From the NCBI GenBank assembly GCA_050246755.1, contig JBFWVL010000003.1, forward strand, positions 192,001 through 256,000: 64,000 bases of DNA, written 5' to 3'. Positions within the stretch are counted from its first letter, which is position 1. Each line of letters opens with the position of its first letter. Below, piece by piece: positions 1-9,482 of this stretch. The notes under the pieces are model-generated. The model was given only the letters and a program-made list of their open reading frames with translations, was not told where the DNA came from and did not search any database. The DNA is from Bacteriovoracia bacterium. Its GTDB lineage: Bacteria; Bdellovibrionota; UBA1018; CAIPTA01. The position numbers and the translations under genes are program-made.

Positions 1-182
1 AGCTGCCAAAGCCAGCCGCTCAGGAGGCGGGCGGGCACGAAACCAAGGTATTCCGAGAGCCGGATCCCGGCTCCCGCCTCGAGAGTTAGCTGGAGCACGA
101 AGATCACCGCCGAAAGGATAAGCAGAACCTTAACCACAGGGGTCATGCGGGGGGTGGCTAGCTGCATCTGGGATCTATTCAC
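1..182 (-). CDS. Rhomboid-family intramembrane protease, N-terminal part (runs off window start)
   Basis: Hand translation from GTG 182 (alternative ATG 167): MNRSQMQLATPRMTPVVKVLLILSAVIFVLQL...LGFVPARLLSGWLWQ, a typical rhomboid N-terminus; catalytic motifs lie outside the window. Confidence 0.6.
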   Translation of the reverse strand, partial: MNRSQMQLATPRMTPVVKVLLILSAVIFVLQLTLEAGAGIRLSEYLGFVPARLLSGWLWQ

Positions 183-386
183 GAGTGAAAGTGTAGCAGC
201 AGAAGGGCAAAGGGGCATAGGGGCAGAGAGGCAAAAGGGCGGAGGGAAAAGGAGCAAATGATAAGTCCGGCTTGCCATGGCGCGCAACGTGGGAATCGGT
301 AGAACTAGGGAAATCTCGATCATGCCCTAACACCTGTCTACTACGCAGACAGCTTCCCCGCTCCCCAAATTAGGGCCTCGGAACGC

Positions 387-399
387 TAACTCGTTGATT
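387..399 (-). promoter_or_regulatory. Putative IHF binding site
   Basis: Reverse complement AATCAACGAGTTA matches WATCAANNNNTTR; lies in an AT-rich stretch about 30 nt upstream of a sigma54-like promoter. Confidence 0.55.
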
Positions 400-427
400 T
401 TACTTAAATTATAAACATAACGCAATA

Positions 428-443
428 TGGCATACTCGATGCA
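428..443 (+). promoter_or_regulatory. Putative sigma54 (-24/-12) promoter
   Basis: TGGCATACTCGATGCA has GG-N10-GC spacing and resembles TGGCAC-N5-TTGCA; upstream of the PilZ gene. Confidence 0.6.
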
Positions 444-523
444 CATAGGCGGTCGAACTCGTTAAGCCCGCACAGCACGAGTTGGTTGCAGTTCAGTGGT
501 GCCAGTGATCGCAAAGGAACTAT

Positions 524-862
524 ATGTTGGAACGCAGAAACTCGGATCGCGCCTCGCTACGGCTAGTAAACGCTAAGGAAATGAACGGTGAGTACCTCTT
601 CACCTATAGAGCCAAAGATTTCAGCGAAGACGGAATTTTCTTAGAAAACAAATTCTGTGTAAGCACCCAGGAGCCCTACTCCAAGATCTCTTTCACCCTG
701 CCCAATGGCGTGCGCTTGAATAACCTCACCGCCCGCATCATCCGCGAAGAGCGCAAAGGCGCCTCCAAAGGCTGCGCCTACGAATTCCTCAACCTCAGTG
801 AAGAAAACCGCATCGCCCTCAAAAAATTCTTCATCGAACACACCCTCCGCGGGACTGGATAA
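524..862 (+). CDS. Stand-alone PilZ domain protein (c-di-GMP receptor)
   Basis: RxxxR (RNSDR) and DxSxxG (DFSEDG) motifs; AAGGA RBS. Confidence 0.8.
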   Translation: MLERRNSDRASLRLVNAKEMNGEYLFTYRAKDFSEDGIFLENKFCVSTQEPYSKISFTLPNGVRLNNLTARIIREERKGASKGCAYEFLNLSEENRIALKKFFIEHTLRGTG

Positions 863-865
863 TTT

Positions 866-1201
866 ATGAAAACCCTCATCCTCGCTCTCTCCCTTCTCAC
901 CATTAACGCCGAAGCCGCCATCCCTAAGCGCGTAGAGCTCACCACCCAGAGCTGGTGCACGAAACGCCCCTCGGAAGACCGCATGGACAAGATCATGTTC
1001 AAGAACGACGGCAAGGTGACGATCCATACCTTCCACAGCACCGGCGACGTAGACCAAGTGACGACCGGCAACTGGAAGCTGAATCACGACAAGCTGAATA
1101 TCACGATGAAGAATCGCCCCTCGAATCTCTCCGTGGCGATCAGCGCAGACGGATCGAACCTGCAATTTTCGACCGGCGCAAAAGCCGTGGCCTGCGAGTA
1201 A
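866..1201 (+). CDS. Hypothetical secreted beta-rich protein
   Basis: Signal peptide MKTLILALSLLTINAEA; follows the PilZ gene after 3 nt. Confidence 0.7.
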   Translation: MKTLILALSLLTINAEAAIPKRVELTTQSWCTKRPSEDRMDKIMFKNDGKVTIHTFHSTGDVDQVTTGNWKLNHDKLNITMKNRPSNLSVAISADGSNLQFSTGAKAVACE

Positions 1202-1627
1202 CTACTCCCCGTAGGGATACGTCTTCTCGCTGAGCTCGAGCAGAACGCCGCCGGTGGTGGCGGGATGAATGAAGTTCACCAGGCAACGGTGCGCCCCGGG
1301 CTTGGCCGCGGGGTATACCATTTTAAATCCCGCCTGAATGAACTGCGCCGAAACGGCTTCGATATCTTCCACCCTAAAGCTGAGGTGATGGATCCCGTCA
1401 CGCCCGCTTTTTTCCAAAAACTTCCCGATCACGGAATCCTTCTCCGTGGGCTTCAATAATTCGATATTCCCCGGCTGCACGGGAAGTGGGATCCAATCGG
1501 TATCCACCTTCTCGCGCTCCACGGTCTCCGATCCCGTCACGGGAAGCCCGAGGATCGCCAGCGCCTCCGCGAGGCGGGAATCGGGGCGGACGGCGATGCC
1601 GATATGGTCGAGGATGGCGGGCTTCAT
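1202..1627 (-). CDS. mce: Methylmalonyl-CoA epimerase (VOC family)
   Basis: LDHIGIAV, IELLKP, GIHHLSFRV and FIHPATTGGVLLEL motifs. Confidence 0.8.
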   Translation of the reverse strand: MKPAILDHIGIAVRPDSRLAEALAILGLPVTGSETVEREKVDTDWIPLPVQPGNIELLKPTEKDSVIGKFLEKSGRDGIHHLSFRVEDIEAVSAQFIQAGFKMVYPAAKPGAHRCLVNFIHPATTGGVLLELSEKTYPYGE

Positions 1628-2572
1628 CTAGTCTCGCGCCGCCAGCTCTTTGAATTTCTGCTGCAGCTTCTCGGCCGATAATCCATACGCCTCGTAGAGA
1701 GCCTCGGGGGTTCCGCTCTGGCCGAAATCGTTCACGCCCACGCGGTGGAGCTTGCCGTGGCCTTGCTCGGCGAGGAATTCCGCGATCGCGCCGCCCAAGC
1801 CCCCGGTGATGTAGTGGTCTTCCACGGTGATGAATTTCTTGTGGCGCTTGCAGGCTTCCCGGAGGAAGGCCACGTCGAGGGGCTTGATCGAAGAAACGTT
1901 GGCCACTTCGAAGGAGAGCCCCTGCTTCTCGAGCGCTTCGGCGGCCTCGAGGGAATTGCCCACCACCCCGCCGGTGGCGAGAATGAGGCCCGTGGATCCG
2001 GTTTTCACTTGGTGAATTTTTCCGATCGCGAATTTGGTATCGGCCGCGTGCACGCGCGGAACATTCTGGCGCGTGAGGCGGAGGTAGGCGGGGTGCGGGT
2101 AGCGCACGAGCTCTTCCACCATCGCAGCAGTTTCAAGATCGTCGGCGGGCTGAAGCACGGCCATTTCGGGCAACGCGCGCAAGCACGCGATATCCTCGAG
2201 GGCCATCTGGGAGTGCCCATCTTCCCCAATACCCACGCCGGCGTGGGTGCCCACGATGCGCACATTCGCGCGGGCGTAAGAAACCGACATACGGATCTGG
2301 TCGAAGCGGCCGGTCACGAAGGCTCCGAAGCTGCAGATGAAGGGAATTTTTCCGTTGAGCGCCATGCCGGCTCCCACGCCGATCATATTGGCTTCCGAGA
2401 TCCCCATCTCGAAGAACCGGTCCGGAAATTTTTTGGCGAAGAGCTCACTTTTGGTGGATTTTGCGAGGTCGGCGTCGAGCACTACGATCTCGGGATGCTT
2501 TTCCCCCACTTTGGCGAGGGCTTCCCCAAAAGCTTGGCGGGTAGCAACGGGTTTTACGTTTCTGTCGATCAT
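1628..2572 (-). CDS. Transketolase, C-terminal subunit
   Basis: LDADLAKST, GISEANM, GEDGHSQMALED and YLRLTR motifs. Confidence 0.9.
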   Translation of the reverse strand: MIDRNVKPVATRQAFGEALAKVGEKHPEIVVLDADLAKSTKSELFAKKFPDRFFEMGISEANMIGVGAGMALNGKIPFICSFGAFVTGRFDQIRMSVSYARANVRIVGTHAGVGIGEDGHSQMALEDIACLRALPEMAVLQPADDLETAAMVEELVRYPHPAYLRLTRQNVPRVHAADTKFAIGKIHQVKTGSTGLILATGGVVGNSLEAAEALEKQGLSFEVANVSSIKPLDVAFLREACKRHKKFITVEDHYITGGLGGAIAEFLAEQGHGKLHRVGVNDFGQSGTPEALYEAYGLSAEKLQQKFKELAARD

Positions 2573-3426
2573 TTGCTGCCTTTCAGGATTTCCGCAATGG
2601 CTTTATCCATTTGTTCTTTCGAGGGAGCGCTTCCATGCCAGGCGTTCTTGCCCTCTTCCATGAACTGCACGCCTTTGCCTTTGAGCGTATCAGCCACGAT
2701 CATGGTGGGTTTGCCGGTTTTGGCTTTGGCGTTGGCTTTTGCTTTTTCCACCGCGCCGATGATGGCATTGAGGTCATGGCCGTCGATCGTGATCACGTTC
2801 CAGCCGAACGCCACGAATTTATCGGCGATGGGCTCCACGTTCATCACGTCTTTCACTTGCCCATCGATCTGGCCTTTATTCCAGTCCACGATCGCGCAGA
2901 GATGATCCAGCTTGTGCATCGGCACCGAGAGAGCCGCTTCCCAAACTTGGCCTTCCTGGATTTCTCCGTCGCCCATGATGCAATAAACCATCGAGTCGAT
3001 TTTATCCAAGCGCATGGCGAGGGCGGCGCCCTGCGCGATCGAGAGGCCCTGGCCGAGGCTGCCGGTGCTGGCTTCGATGCCGGGCAAGCGGGCACGATCG
3101 GGGTGGCCCTGCAAACGGGATCCAAGCTGGCGAAAAGAAGCGAGCTCCGATTCGGGAAAATACCCGCTCATCGCCATCGCCGCGTACTGGGCGGGAACTC
3201 CGTGGCCCTTGCTGAGGATGAAACGGTCGCGCTCCTTCCAGCCGGGATTTTTTGGGTCATGCTTCAGCAATTTGAAGTAAAGCGCGGTCACCAACTCAGC
3301 AAGCGAAAGGCTGCCGCCGGGATGCCCGTTTCCCGCTTTGAAGATCATCTCGAGGGAGAGAACGCGCAGGCGCTGGGCGAGGGTTTTGAGTTCGTCTAGG
3401 GTGGCTTCGGGTTTAGGGAATGGCAT
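2569..3426 (-). CDS. Transketolase, N-terminal (TPP-binding) subunit
   Basis: GHPGGSLS, DRFILSKGH, STGSLGQG and GDGEIQEG TPP-binding motif. Confidence 0.9.
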   Translation of the reverse strand: MPFPKPEATLDELKTLAQRLRVLSLEMIFKAGNGHPGGSLSLAELVTALYFKLLKHDPKNPGWKERDRFILSKGHGVPAQYAAMAMSGYFPESELASFRQLGSRLQGHPDRARLPGIEASTGSLGQGLSIAQGAALAMRLDKIDSMVYCIMGDGEIQEGQVWEAALSVPMHKLDHLCAIVDWNKGQIDGQVKDVMNVEPIADKFVAFGWNVITIDGHDLNAIIGAVEKAKANAKAKTGKPTMIVADTLKGKGVQFMEEGKNAWHGSAPSKEQMDKAIAEILKGSK

Positions 3427-3534
3427 GAGAATTATGTACCATGATCCTCACTTAATGCATCACGGCAACGAATCCAATCTTCCTAGAGTTTTTTTTGACT
3501 CGAAGCCCCGACGAAAATCCGCTACCTTCCCTCC

Positions 3535-4152
3535 ATGATTTTCTTCCGTCTCCTCGAAGTTCTGGCGCTCGGCTTCCTCTGCGGACTCATTCCCGGCCCT
3601 GTGGTGACAGCTATTTTCACCGAAACCATCCGTAAAGGCTGGCTCAGCGCGAGACGAATCGTGCTCTGGGCGGCGGCCGGAGAAGTGGTGATGTCGGTGG
3701 TTTGCGTGGCAGCACTTTCTTTCGTGGATCCCCGCTCCGTGATCTTTTCGGTGCTCTCGATGTTCGGAGCCCTGATTCTCTTGAGCCTCGCCTGGGATCT
3801 CTGGCGCGTGGAGGAAATCGCCGAGGAAGAGCCTCTCTTCTCGCGGCGGCGTGTTTTCTTTCTCGCCCTCGTGAACGGCATGGCGTGGATTTTCTGGATC
3901 ACCGTATGCACGCCGCAAGCGATCGCCCTCGGCACGGAATTCCGCGGCGGCGAGTGGGTATTCATCGTGATCTTCGAAATCGGCTGGCTCGCCTCCACTC
4001 TGCTGCTGAGTTACTTGTTTGGATTTTTCCGTCCCTTTTTCCAGAGCAATAACCGACTCCACCTACTTTACCGGGGGATCGCGCTGCTCTTTCTCTTTTT
4101 TGCCCTGAAACTCGCTACCGGAAGTGCCCGCTCGCTGCTAGACTGGGGCTAG
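3535..4152 (+). CDS. LysE-family translocator
   Basis: N-terminal GLIPGPV motif; about six hydrophobic segments; 205 aa. Confidence 0.7.
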   Translation: MIFFRLLEVLALGFLCGLIPGPVVTAIFTETIRKGWLSARRIVLWAAAGEVVMSVVCVAALSFVDPRSVIFSVLSMFGALILLSLAWDLWRVEEIAEEEPLFSRRRVFFLALVNGMAWIFWITVCTPQAIALGTEFRGGEWVFIVIFEIGWLASTLLLSYLFGFFRPFFQSNNRLHLLYRGIALLFLFFALKLATGSARSLLDWG

Positions 4153-5232
4153 ATGCTCAGGTCGCGCGCATTCCTAGAAGCAGCCCTCGCCGAGAAACAG
4201 GCCAGCGGAGTCGCTTTCCTCCTCCGGCGCCCCAACCAAAATGATTTAGAAATGTATTTGGGCAGCCACGCCCATGAAAATCAGGGCGCCCTGATTCGCC
4301 CCGTGGCCGAAGATTCCCTCTTCGACCTCGCCTCCCTCTCCAAGATTCTCGCCACCACCTGTTTGCTGTTCGGCGCCGAATCCGAAGGCAAATTCGCCTG
4401 GACGGATCCGGTACGCAAATACTTTAGCGATTTCCCCTCCGGCGAGACCACGATCCTTTCCCTCCTCGCCCATCGCTCCGGGCTCCCCGCCAACCAGGAT
4501 TTCTTCCGCCGCTTCGAACCGCTTGCCCCCGGGGGCGTCCGCCCCGGCGACCAGCGCGTCCTGCTTTCCTGGATCTGCGAAGCTAAGCTCGTGGAGCCCG
4601 GCAAGCAGGTCTATTCCGACCTCGGCTTTATGCTGCTCGGCCTTTTGCTCGAGAGCCTCTACGGAAAATCCCTGCCCGAGCTTTTTCACGAGCGCATCGT
4701 ATCGCGCTTAAAATTGGAGAACGCGGGCTACGTTACCCTGCCCCACGCGCCCGCTCCCGCACGGATGTTCGGCCTGCTCGCACCGGTATCCCGCTTCGTG
4801 GCCACCGAGCACTGCCCGTGGCGCAAGAAAACGCTGCAGGGAGAAGTGCACGACGATAATGCCTGGGCCCTCGGTGGCTACGGCGGCCACGCGGGACTAT
4901 TCGCCAACGCCCGCGATACCGCCGCCCTCTGGGAGCATTTACGTCGGCAAGTGCAGGCCTCGCCGGAATTTCTCCGGTTAGCGCCCGAAGGACCCGGCAG
5001 CTTTTGTTTCGGCTTCATGACCTACCCGGGACTTAGGCCCTTTTCCGGCGAGGCCTTCGCTGGCGCTCGTGGGCACACAGGTTTTACCGGCACCAGCCTT
5101 TGGTTCCACGAGCCCAGCGGCACTCTCGCCATCCTTCTGGCCAACCGGGTGCATCCATCGCGCAACGACGATCGCTGGATCCAAACCCGCCTTGAGTTCC
5201 ATAAGCTGCTATGGGATGAAGCGGGGCTATGA
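4153..5232 (+). CDS. Serine hydrolase, beta-lactamase class C-like family
   Basis: FDLASLSK (SxxK), LLAHRSGL, YSDLGF, GHAGLF, GHTGFTGT. Confidence 0.85.
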   Translation: MLRSRAFLEAALAEKQASGVAFLLRRPNQNDLEMYLGSHAHENQGALIRPVAEDSLFDLASLSKILATTCLLFGAESEGKFAWTDPVRKYFSDFPSGETTILSLLAHRSGLPANQDFFRRFEPLAPGGVRPGDQRVLLSWICEAKLVEPGKQVYSDLGFMLLGLLLESLYGKSLPELFHERIVSRLKLENAGYVTLPHAPAPARMFGLLAPVSRFVATEHCPWRKKTLQGEVHDDNAWALGGYGGHAGLFANARDTAALWEHLRRQVQASPEFLRLAPEGPGSFCFGFMTYPGLRPFSGEAFAGARGHTGFTGTSLWFHEPSGTLAILLANRVHPSRNDDRWIQTRLEFHKLLWDEAGL

Positions 5233-6203
5233 GCCCATCCGAACTTTCGGTCTTTGTGAAGGCACGCGCCGCGGACTTGGGCTTTCACTTGTCCGGCATT
5301 ACCGGCCCCCTTGCCCGCAAAAATACCGAGTTCTACGACTGGTGGGTTGATTCGGGTTTCGGCGCCGGAATGTTTTTCCTAAAAACCCAGAAGGCCCGCC
5401 GCAAAAGCATCGAGCAGATTTTGCCAGGGGCTCGGTCCGTGATCGTATGCGCCCTGCGCTTTCCGGGCTCCTTTGATCCTCCTCCGGCCGACGTGAAGGA
5501 ACGTCCCTACGGGAAAATCGCCCGCTACGCTTTGCACGAAGACTATCATGGGCGTTTGAAGCCTTTGCTGGAGGAGCTTGCGCGAGAAGTGGATGCCGCT
5601 GCTGGCACCACCGGATCCCTCGCTTACGTGGATACCGGCGCAATTTCGGAGCGGGCTTTTGCTCAGGCCGCCGGGCTAGGCTGGGTAGGGAAAAACTCTT
5701 TGCTGCTGAATGAGCAGGAGGGCTCTTGGTTCTGGTTAGGCGAAGTGATTACCAGAGCTAGCTTGGAATTCGACTCCCCGATGACCGCCGACCGCTGCGG
5801 CACCTGCCGGCGCTGCCTCGACGCCTGCCCTACCGGCGCCATTCTGGAAGAGATCCGGGCAGTGGATTCCCGCAAGTGCTTGTCCTACTGGAATATCGAG
5901 CACCGCGGGCCTATGCCGCTCGAGCTGCAAAAGCCGATGGGCGATTGGTTGCTGGGCTGCGATATATGCCAGGAAGTTTGTCCGTGGAATGGACACGCCG
6001 CACGAAACTCCCGCGCCGAGGAAGGGGCACCACCGGTGGAGTATGTGCCGGTGGAGGAGATCCTGGCGTTGAGCGCGGAGGAGTTTAAAGCGCGCTATCG
6101 TTCGCGGGCCGTGAGCCGCGCCAAGCACGAGGGGCTGCGCCGGAACGCGGAGATCGTGAAGAAAAACTTTGTGGCGGAACTTTTGATAAAAGAGCCTAAA
6201 TAG
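5229..6203 (+). CDS. queG: tRNA epoxyqueuosine(34) reductase
   Basis: IARYA...DYH, GLGWVGKNSLL, CGTCRRCLDACPTGA, GCDICQEVCPWN. Confidence 0.92.
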   Translation: MSPSELSVFVKARAADLGFHLSGITGPLARKNTEFYDWWVDSGFGAGMFFLKTQKARRKSIEQILPGARSVIVCALRFPGSFDPPPADVKERPYGKIARYALHEDYHGRLKPLLEELAREVDAAAGTTGSLAYVDTGAISERAFAQAAGLGWVGKNSLLLNEQEGSWFWLGEVITRASLEFDSPMTADRCGTCRRCLDACPTGAILEEIRAVDSRKCLSYWNIEHRGPMPLELQKPMGDWLLGCDICQEVCPWNGHAARNSRAEEGAPPVEYVPVEEILALSAEEFKARYRSRAVSRAKHEGLRRNAEIVKKNFVAELLIKEPK

Positions 6204-6312
6204 CTGCTTTTAAAAAACTTTCACCCTTCTTACAGATTGAGTAAAAGCTTATACTTTTTACATCCGACGCCGGAGGTGAAAAAGTCCGAATCGGCCATAC
6301 CCACTGCGTCAT

Positions 6313-6348
6313 AAAAAACCGAACCCTCCTCGCGGAAAGTTCGGTTTT
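6313..6348 (-). terminator. Rho-independent terminator after grxD (possibly bidirectional)
   Basis: AAAACCGAAC...GTTCGGTTTT inverted repeat with A/T tails, between convergent genes. Confidence 0.6.
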
Positions 6349-6368
6349 CTTTGCCGGCAAGAACCAGC

Positions 6369-6677
6369 TTAGTTCTTCAGCATGCCTTGCAGTTCGCCGC
6401 TCTCGTAGAGCTCGCAGATGATATCGCAGCCGCCCACGAACTCGCCCTTCACGTAGATTTGGGGAGAGGTCGGCCACTGGTTGATCTTCTTGAGCTCTTC
6501 GAACAGGCTCATGTCTTCGAGGATATTGAAGGCGGCGAAATCGGCGCCGGCGGCCTTCAGCACTTCCACCGAGCGGGCGGAGAATCCGCACATCGGCATA
6601 TTGGGCGTGCCCTTCATATAGATGAATACGGGCTTGGATTTAATTTGTTCTTCGATTTTGGTTTTGTAGTCGGCCAT
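6369..6677 (-). CDS. grxD: Monothiol glutaredoxin (Grx4 family)
   Basis: YMKGTP, CGFS, WPTSPQIYV, GGCDI. Confidence 0.92.
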   Translation of the reverse strand: MADYKTKIEEQIKSKPVFIYMKGTPNMPMCGFSARSVEVLKAAGADFAAFNILEDMSLFEELKKINQWPTSPQIYVKGEFVGGCDIICELYESGELQGMLKN

Positions 6678-6691
6678 GTTCGTCTCCTAAA

Positions 6692-6934
6692 TTAGAGTTT
6701 TTCGAATTGTTCGGGGGTAAGCGTTTTCACGGTGAGCGCGTGTACGTCGTTGGAATTGATCTCGTCCACAAAAAGATCGAGCACCAATTTATGCTGTTTG
6801 AGCAAAGGCAGGCCGGCAAAGGCCTTCGAAACCACGATCGCGCGGATATGATCGCCCCCGCCGAGATCGATGATCTGCACGTGGGTAGTGGGAAGATTCG
6901 TTTCGATCCTCTCCTTGATTTTGTCTAGCGTCAT
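6692..6934 (-). CDS. BolA/IbaG family protein
   Basis: GDHIRAIVVSKAFAG...QHKLV...VHAL; adjacent to grxD; start taken at ATG 6934. Confidence 0.85.
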   Translation of the reverse strand: MTLDKIKERIETNLPTTHVQIIDLGGGDHIRAIVVSKAFAGLPLLKQHKLVLDLFVDEINSNDVHALTVKTLTPEQFEKL

Positions 6935-7026
6935 GGAGGCCAACTTATCCGATTTCACTCGCGATCCGCAAGACCGAAGAAGCGGAGTGTTAACGTAAAG
7001 CTTTAGATCGGTGGTAGGCAAAGGAC

Positions 7027-7485
7027 ATGAAACAAATCTTGGCCCTATTGCTGTTGCTCCCGACCCTTTCCCAAGCCGCCGACTGCGTGGACCTTTCCGG
7101 TGACTTTTTCGTGAACGGACGCCGCCTTCCCGAACAGCGCTACGTGATGACCATACGCCAAACCGGCTGCGACCTCATCGCGGTAGGAGGTTATACCCTC
7201 GCCAACGGCACCCAGCGCGACGTGAAAAGCCCTCAGCCCATGTACGTGAACGAAGCCAAACGCGAACTCTGCCGGGCATGTGTTGGTTTCAAGGTAGCGA
7301 AAAATGCCTTCGAGATCCAAACCAACTCCCAAGTGGAAGTGGGAAAATCGATCTGCGCTTTCTCGAAAGTGAAAATGGACCTCCGCGGAAGAGATTTTCG
7401 CCAAACCTATACGCTCCGCGGAGAATCCGCCGCTTGCCGCAAAGTGGGCTCCACTCACGCGGTGGTGCAAGACCGCCTTCGCTAG
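7027..7485 (+). CDS. Hypothetical secreted Cys-containing protein
   Basis: Signal peptide MKQILALLLLLPTLSQA followed by CVDLSG; AAGGA RBS. Confidence 0.7.
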   Translation: MKQILALLLLLPTLSQAADCVDLSGDFFVNGRRLPEQRYVMTIRQTGCDLIAVGGYTLANGTQRDVKSPQPMYVNEAKRELCRACVGFKVAKNAFEIQTNSQVEVGKSICAFSKVKMDLRGRDFRQTYTLRGESAACRKVGSTHAVVQDRLR

Positions 7486-8144
7486 GCTTTATCGTAGGTA
7501 AGAAAAAGCTCGCCGTCTAAGTTCCGGCACTCGGCGAGCTTCCAGCGCTGAAACTTTTCAAAGCCTTCACCTTCGAACCAAGTGGGGCTTTCGGCGCCAC
7601 CAACCAAGATCGGCGCCACGGTTAGGTAAATACGATTCACCAGTCCCGCCTCGAGGAAGCTGGCGTTGAATTCTCCGCCGCCCTCGAGCAATACCTTTTC
7701 GTAGCCCGCTCCCTGGAAGGCATGCAAAATTTCTTTGGGCATCGGGCGCAGGAGCCGTGAGCGAATCACTTTGGCACCAGAAACTTCGATCATCTTCACA
7801 CGGGTGGCGGAAGCGCGAGTTCCGCAAAAAACCCAGCGGGCGATCTCGGTGGCTTTTTCCCAGGGAGTGTCGCGGGCGAAATCCAGGCGGCTGGAAACGA
7901 AGGCCGAGGCGGGCTGCGCGGACTTGCCGGCTTTTTTTCTCCGCGCGATCAGATCTTCGCCTTCCACTACTAGGGGATAGGGATGGGCCTTGAAGGTGGC
8001 GGCGCCGTTAATCACCACGTCGTGCTCAGCGCGAATTTCTGCCATGCGTCGAGAGTCATGGGCCGAGCCTAGCTTCACGGGTCCGCGCTTCTTCGTGGCA
8101 ATTTTACCATCTAGGCTCATCGCCATATTGATCGAGACGTACAT
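7482..8144 (-). CDS. RibD C-terminal (pyrimidine reductase/DHFR-like) domain protein
   Basis: AMSLDGKIA, LLEGGGEFN, APILVGG. Confidence 0.85.
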   Translation of the reverse strand: MYVSINMAMSLDGKIATKKRGPVKLGSAHDSRRMAEIRAEHDVVINGAATFKAHPYPLVVEGEDLIARRKKAGKSAQPASAFVSSRLDFARDTPWEKATEIARWVFCGTRASATRVKMIEVSGAKVIRSRLLRPMPKEILHAFQGAGYEKVLLEGGGEFNASFLEAGLVNRIYLTVAPILVGGAESPTWFEGEGFEKFQRWKLAECRNLDGELFLTYDKA

Positions 8145-8188
8145 AGGGCTTTCCTGCCTTTCAGGGAGAAGAAATGCAAGGGAATGTA

Positions 8189-8217
8189 TTGAAATCAGGG
8201 GGCCAACGCACTAGCAT
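8189..8217 (+). promoter_or_regulatory. Putative sigma70 promoter for the GT operon (probably leaderless)
   Basis: TTGAAA-N17-TAGCAT ending 8 nt before GTG 8226; no SD sequence. Confidence 0.5.
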
Positions 8218-8225
8218 CGCTCGTC

Positions 8226-9482
8226 GTGGCCAAACCCCAAATCAGCGTAATTATCTCTGCCAAAAATGAAGCCAATCGATTCATGCCTTGCCTTGAATCG
8301 CTGGCTAAGCAGAAGAGCAAAACCCCCTTCGAAGTGCATTTCGTAGACAACGCCTCCACCGATGGCACTTATGGCAAAGCGCGTAAATGGGTGGAAACGA
8401 ATAAACAGAAAAACTTCTTCGTGTGGCGGGAGAGAAAGCCGGGAAGCCCATCCGCGCGTAACTACGGCGCCCGCCGCGCCCGTGGGCAAATTTTACTATT
8501 TACCGACGCCGACTGCCGCCTCGCTCCCAACTGGGTGCAGGAAATGAGCAAGCCCCTGCTCGAATCCACGCACTACCCCCTCGCGGCGGTGGGCGGGAAA
8601 ACGCTGAGCGAATTTAAGGCGGAAAAACCCAACCTCTGGGAAAAATACCTCGATCAGCTCTTCGATTTCTGGGAGAACGATCGCCTCAATGCCTTTCCGG
8701 CCTTTCTTCCCTGGGCCCCCACCTGCAATCTCGCGGTAAAAAAAGACATCTTCGAGGCCATCGGCGGCTTCGACGAAAACTGGAAGAGCGCCGCCTATGA
8801 CGTGGATCTTTGCTGGAGGATCATTCTCTGCGGCTTCACGCTCGGCTACGCGCCGAAAGCCCAGGCCCGCCACCTCCGCCGCTCTAGCCTGCGCTCCCTG
8901 CTGCGCCAGATGGAGAATTACGCTTTCTATAATTACTCCCTCCTCGCCACCTACGAAAAGCTCCTCAACCTTCCGGCCCTCACGGCGCGAAAAGAGAGAA
9001 TGCTCAGCCGCGGGCGCCGCCTCTTCGCCCTTCTCGGCGACACCAAAAATCTACCCCAGGCCACCTTCCGGGGAATGGACGTACTCGTGGGCCTTTCCGC
9101 GCTGAAGGGCGATCTTGAGGCCCGCGTAGTGGGCGCCAAGGGCAATCCCCGCCTCAACAGCAGCCGCCAGGGAAAAACCCCTGCCGATCTACTGCATCTT
9201 CTGCCCCGTGGTTACGCCCACCTGCACCAGGAGGGATGGTCCTACTGGAAAAGCCCGGCCGACGTGCAGCCCGATACCGGAGATCTTATTTTGTTCCGCC
9301 CCCGCGCCAGCGAACGTTTTCGTTTTAACGAGAGTGCCTGGAGAATCTGGGAAGTGAAATCCGAGGGCGGGCAAAGCGAAGATGCGGCCGAAGCCCTCGA
9401 GCAAGACCCGCACAACAAAAAAGTTCTCTACGATATCGACCAGCTCACCCTCGACCTTCGCTCGAGGAGACTCCTCCCGTGA
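8226..9482 (+). CDS. GT2 glycosyltransferase with C-terminal PqqD/RRE-like domain
   Basis: VDNASTD, ARNYG, FTDADC, GGFDE; C-terminal about 80 aa GDLILF...FRFNESAWRIWE...DIDQLTLDLRSRRLL follows the PqqD pattern. Confidence 0.8.
   Translation: MAKPQISVIISAKNEANRFMPCLESLAKQKSKTPFEVHFVDNASTDGTYGKARKWVETNKQKNFFVWRERKPGSPSARNYGARRARGQILLFTDADCRLAPNWVQEMSKPLLESTHYPLAAVGGKTLSEFKAEKPNLWEKYLDQLFDFWENDRLNAFPAFLPWAPTCNLAVKKDIFEAIGGFDENWKSAAYDVDLCWRIILCGFTLGYAPKAQARHLRRSSLRSLLRQMENYAFYNYSLLATYEKLLNLPALTARKERMLSRGRRLFALLGDTKNLPQATFRGMDVLVGLSALKGDLEARVVGAKGNPRLNSSRQGKTPADLLHLLPRGYAHLHQEGWSYWKSPADVQPDTGDLILFRPRASERFRFNESAWRIWEVKSEGGQSEDAAEALEQDPHNKKVLYDIDQLTLDLRSRRLLP

Noticed and set aside
454-523. c-di-GMP riboswitch upstream of the PilZ gene
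   Set aside because: Hairpins are present, but I could not match the conserved class I or class II features
1745-2905. Long antisense ORFs (also 12645-13535, 16609-17760, 28855-29727, 33197-34234)
   Set aside because: They shadow well-supported genes (antisense or alternate frame), as expected in GC-rich DNA, and show no recognisable motifs
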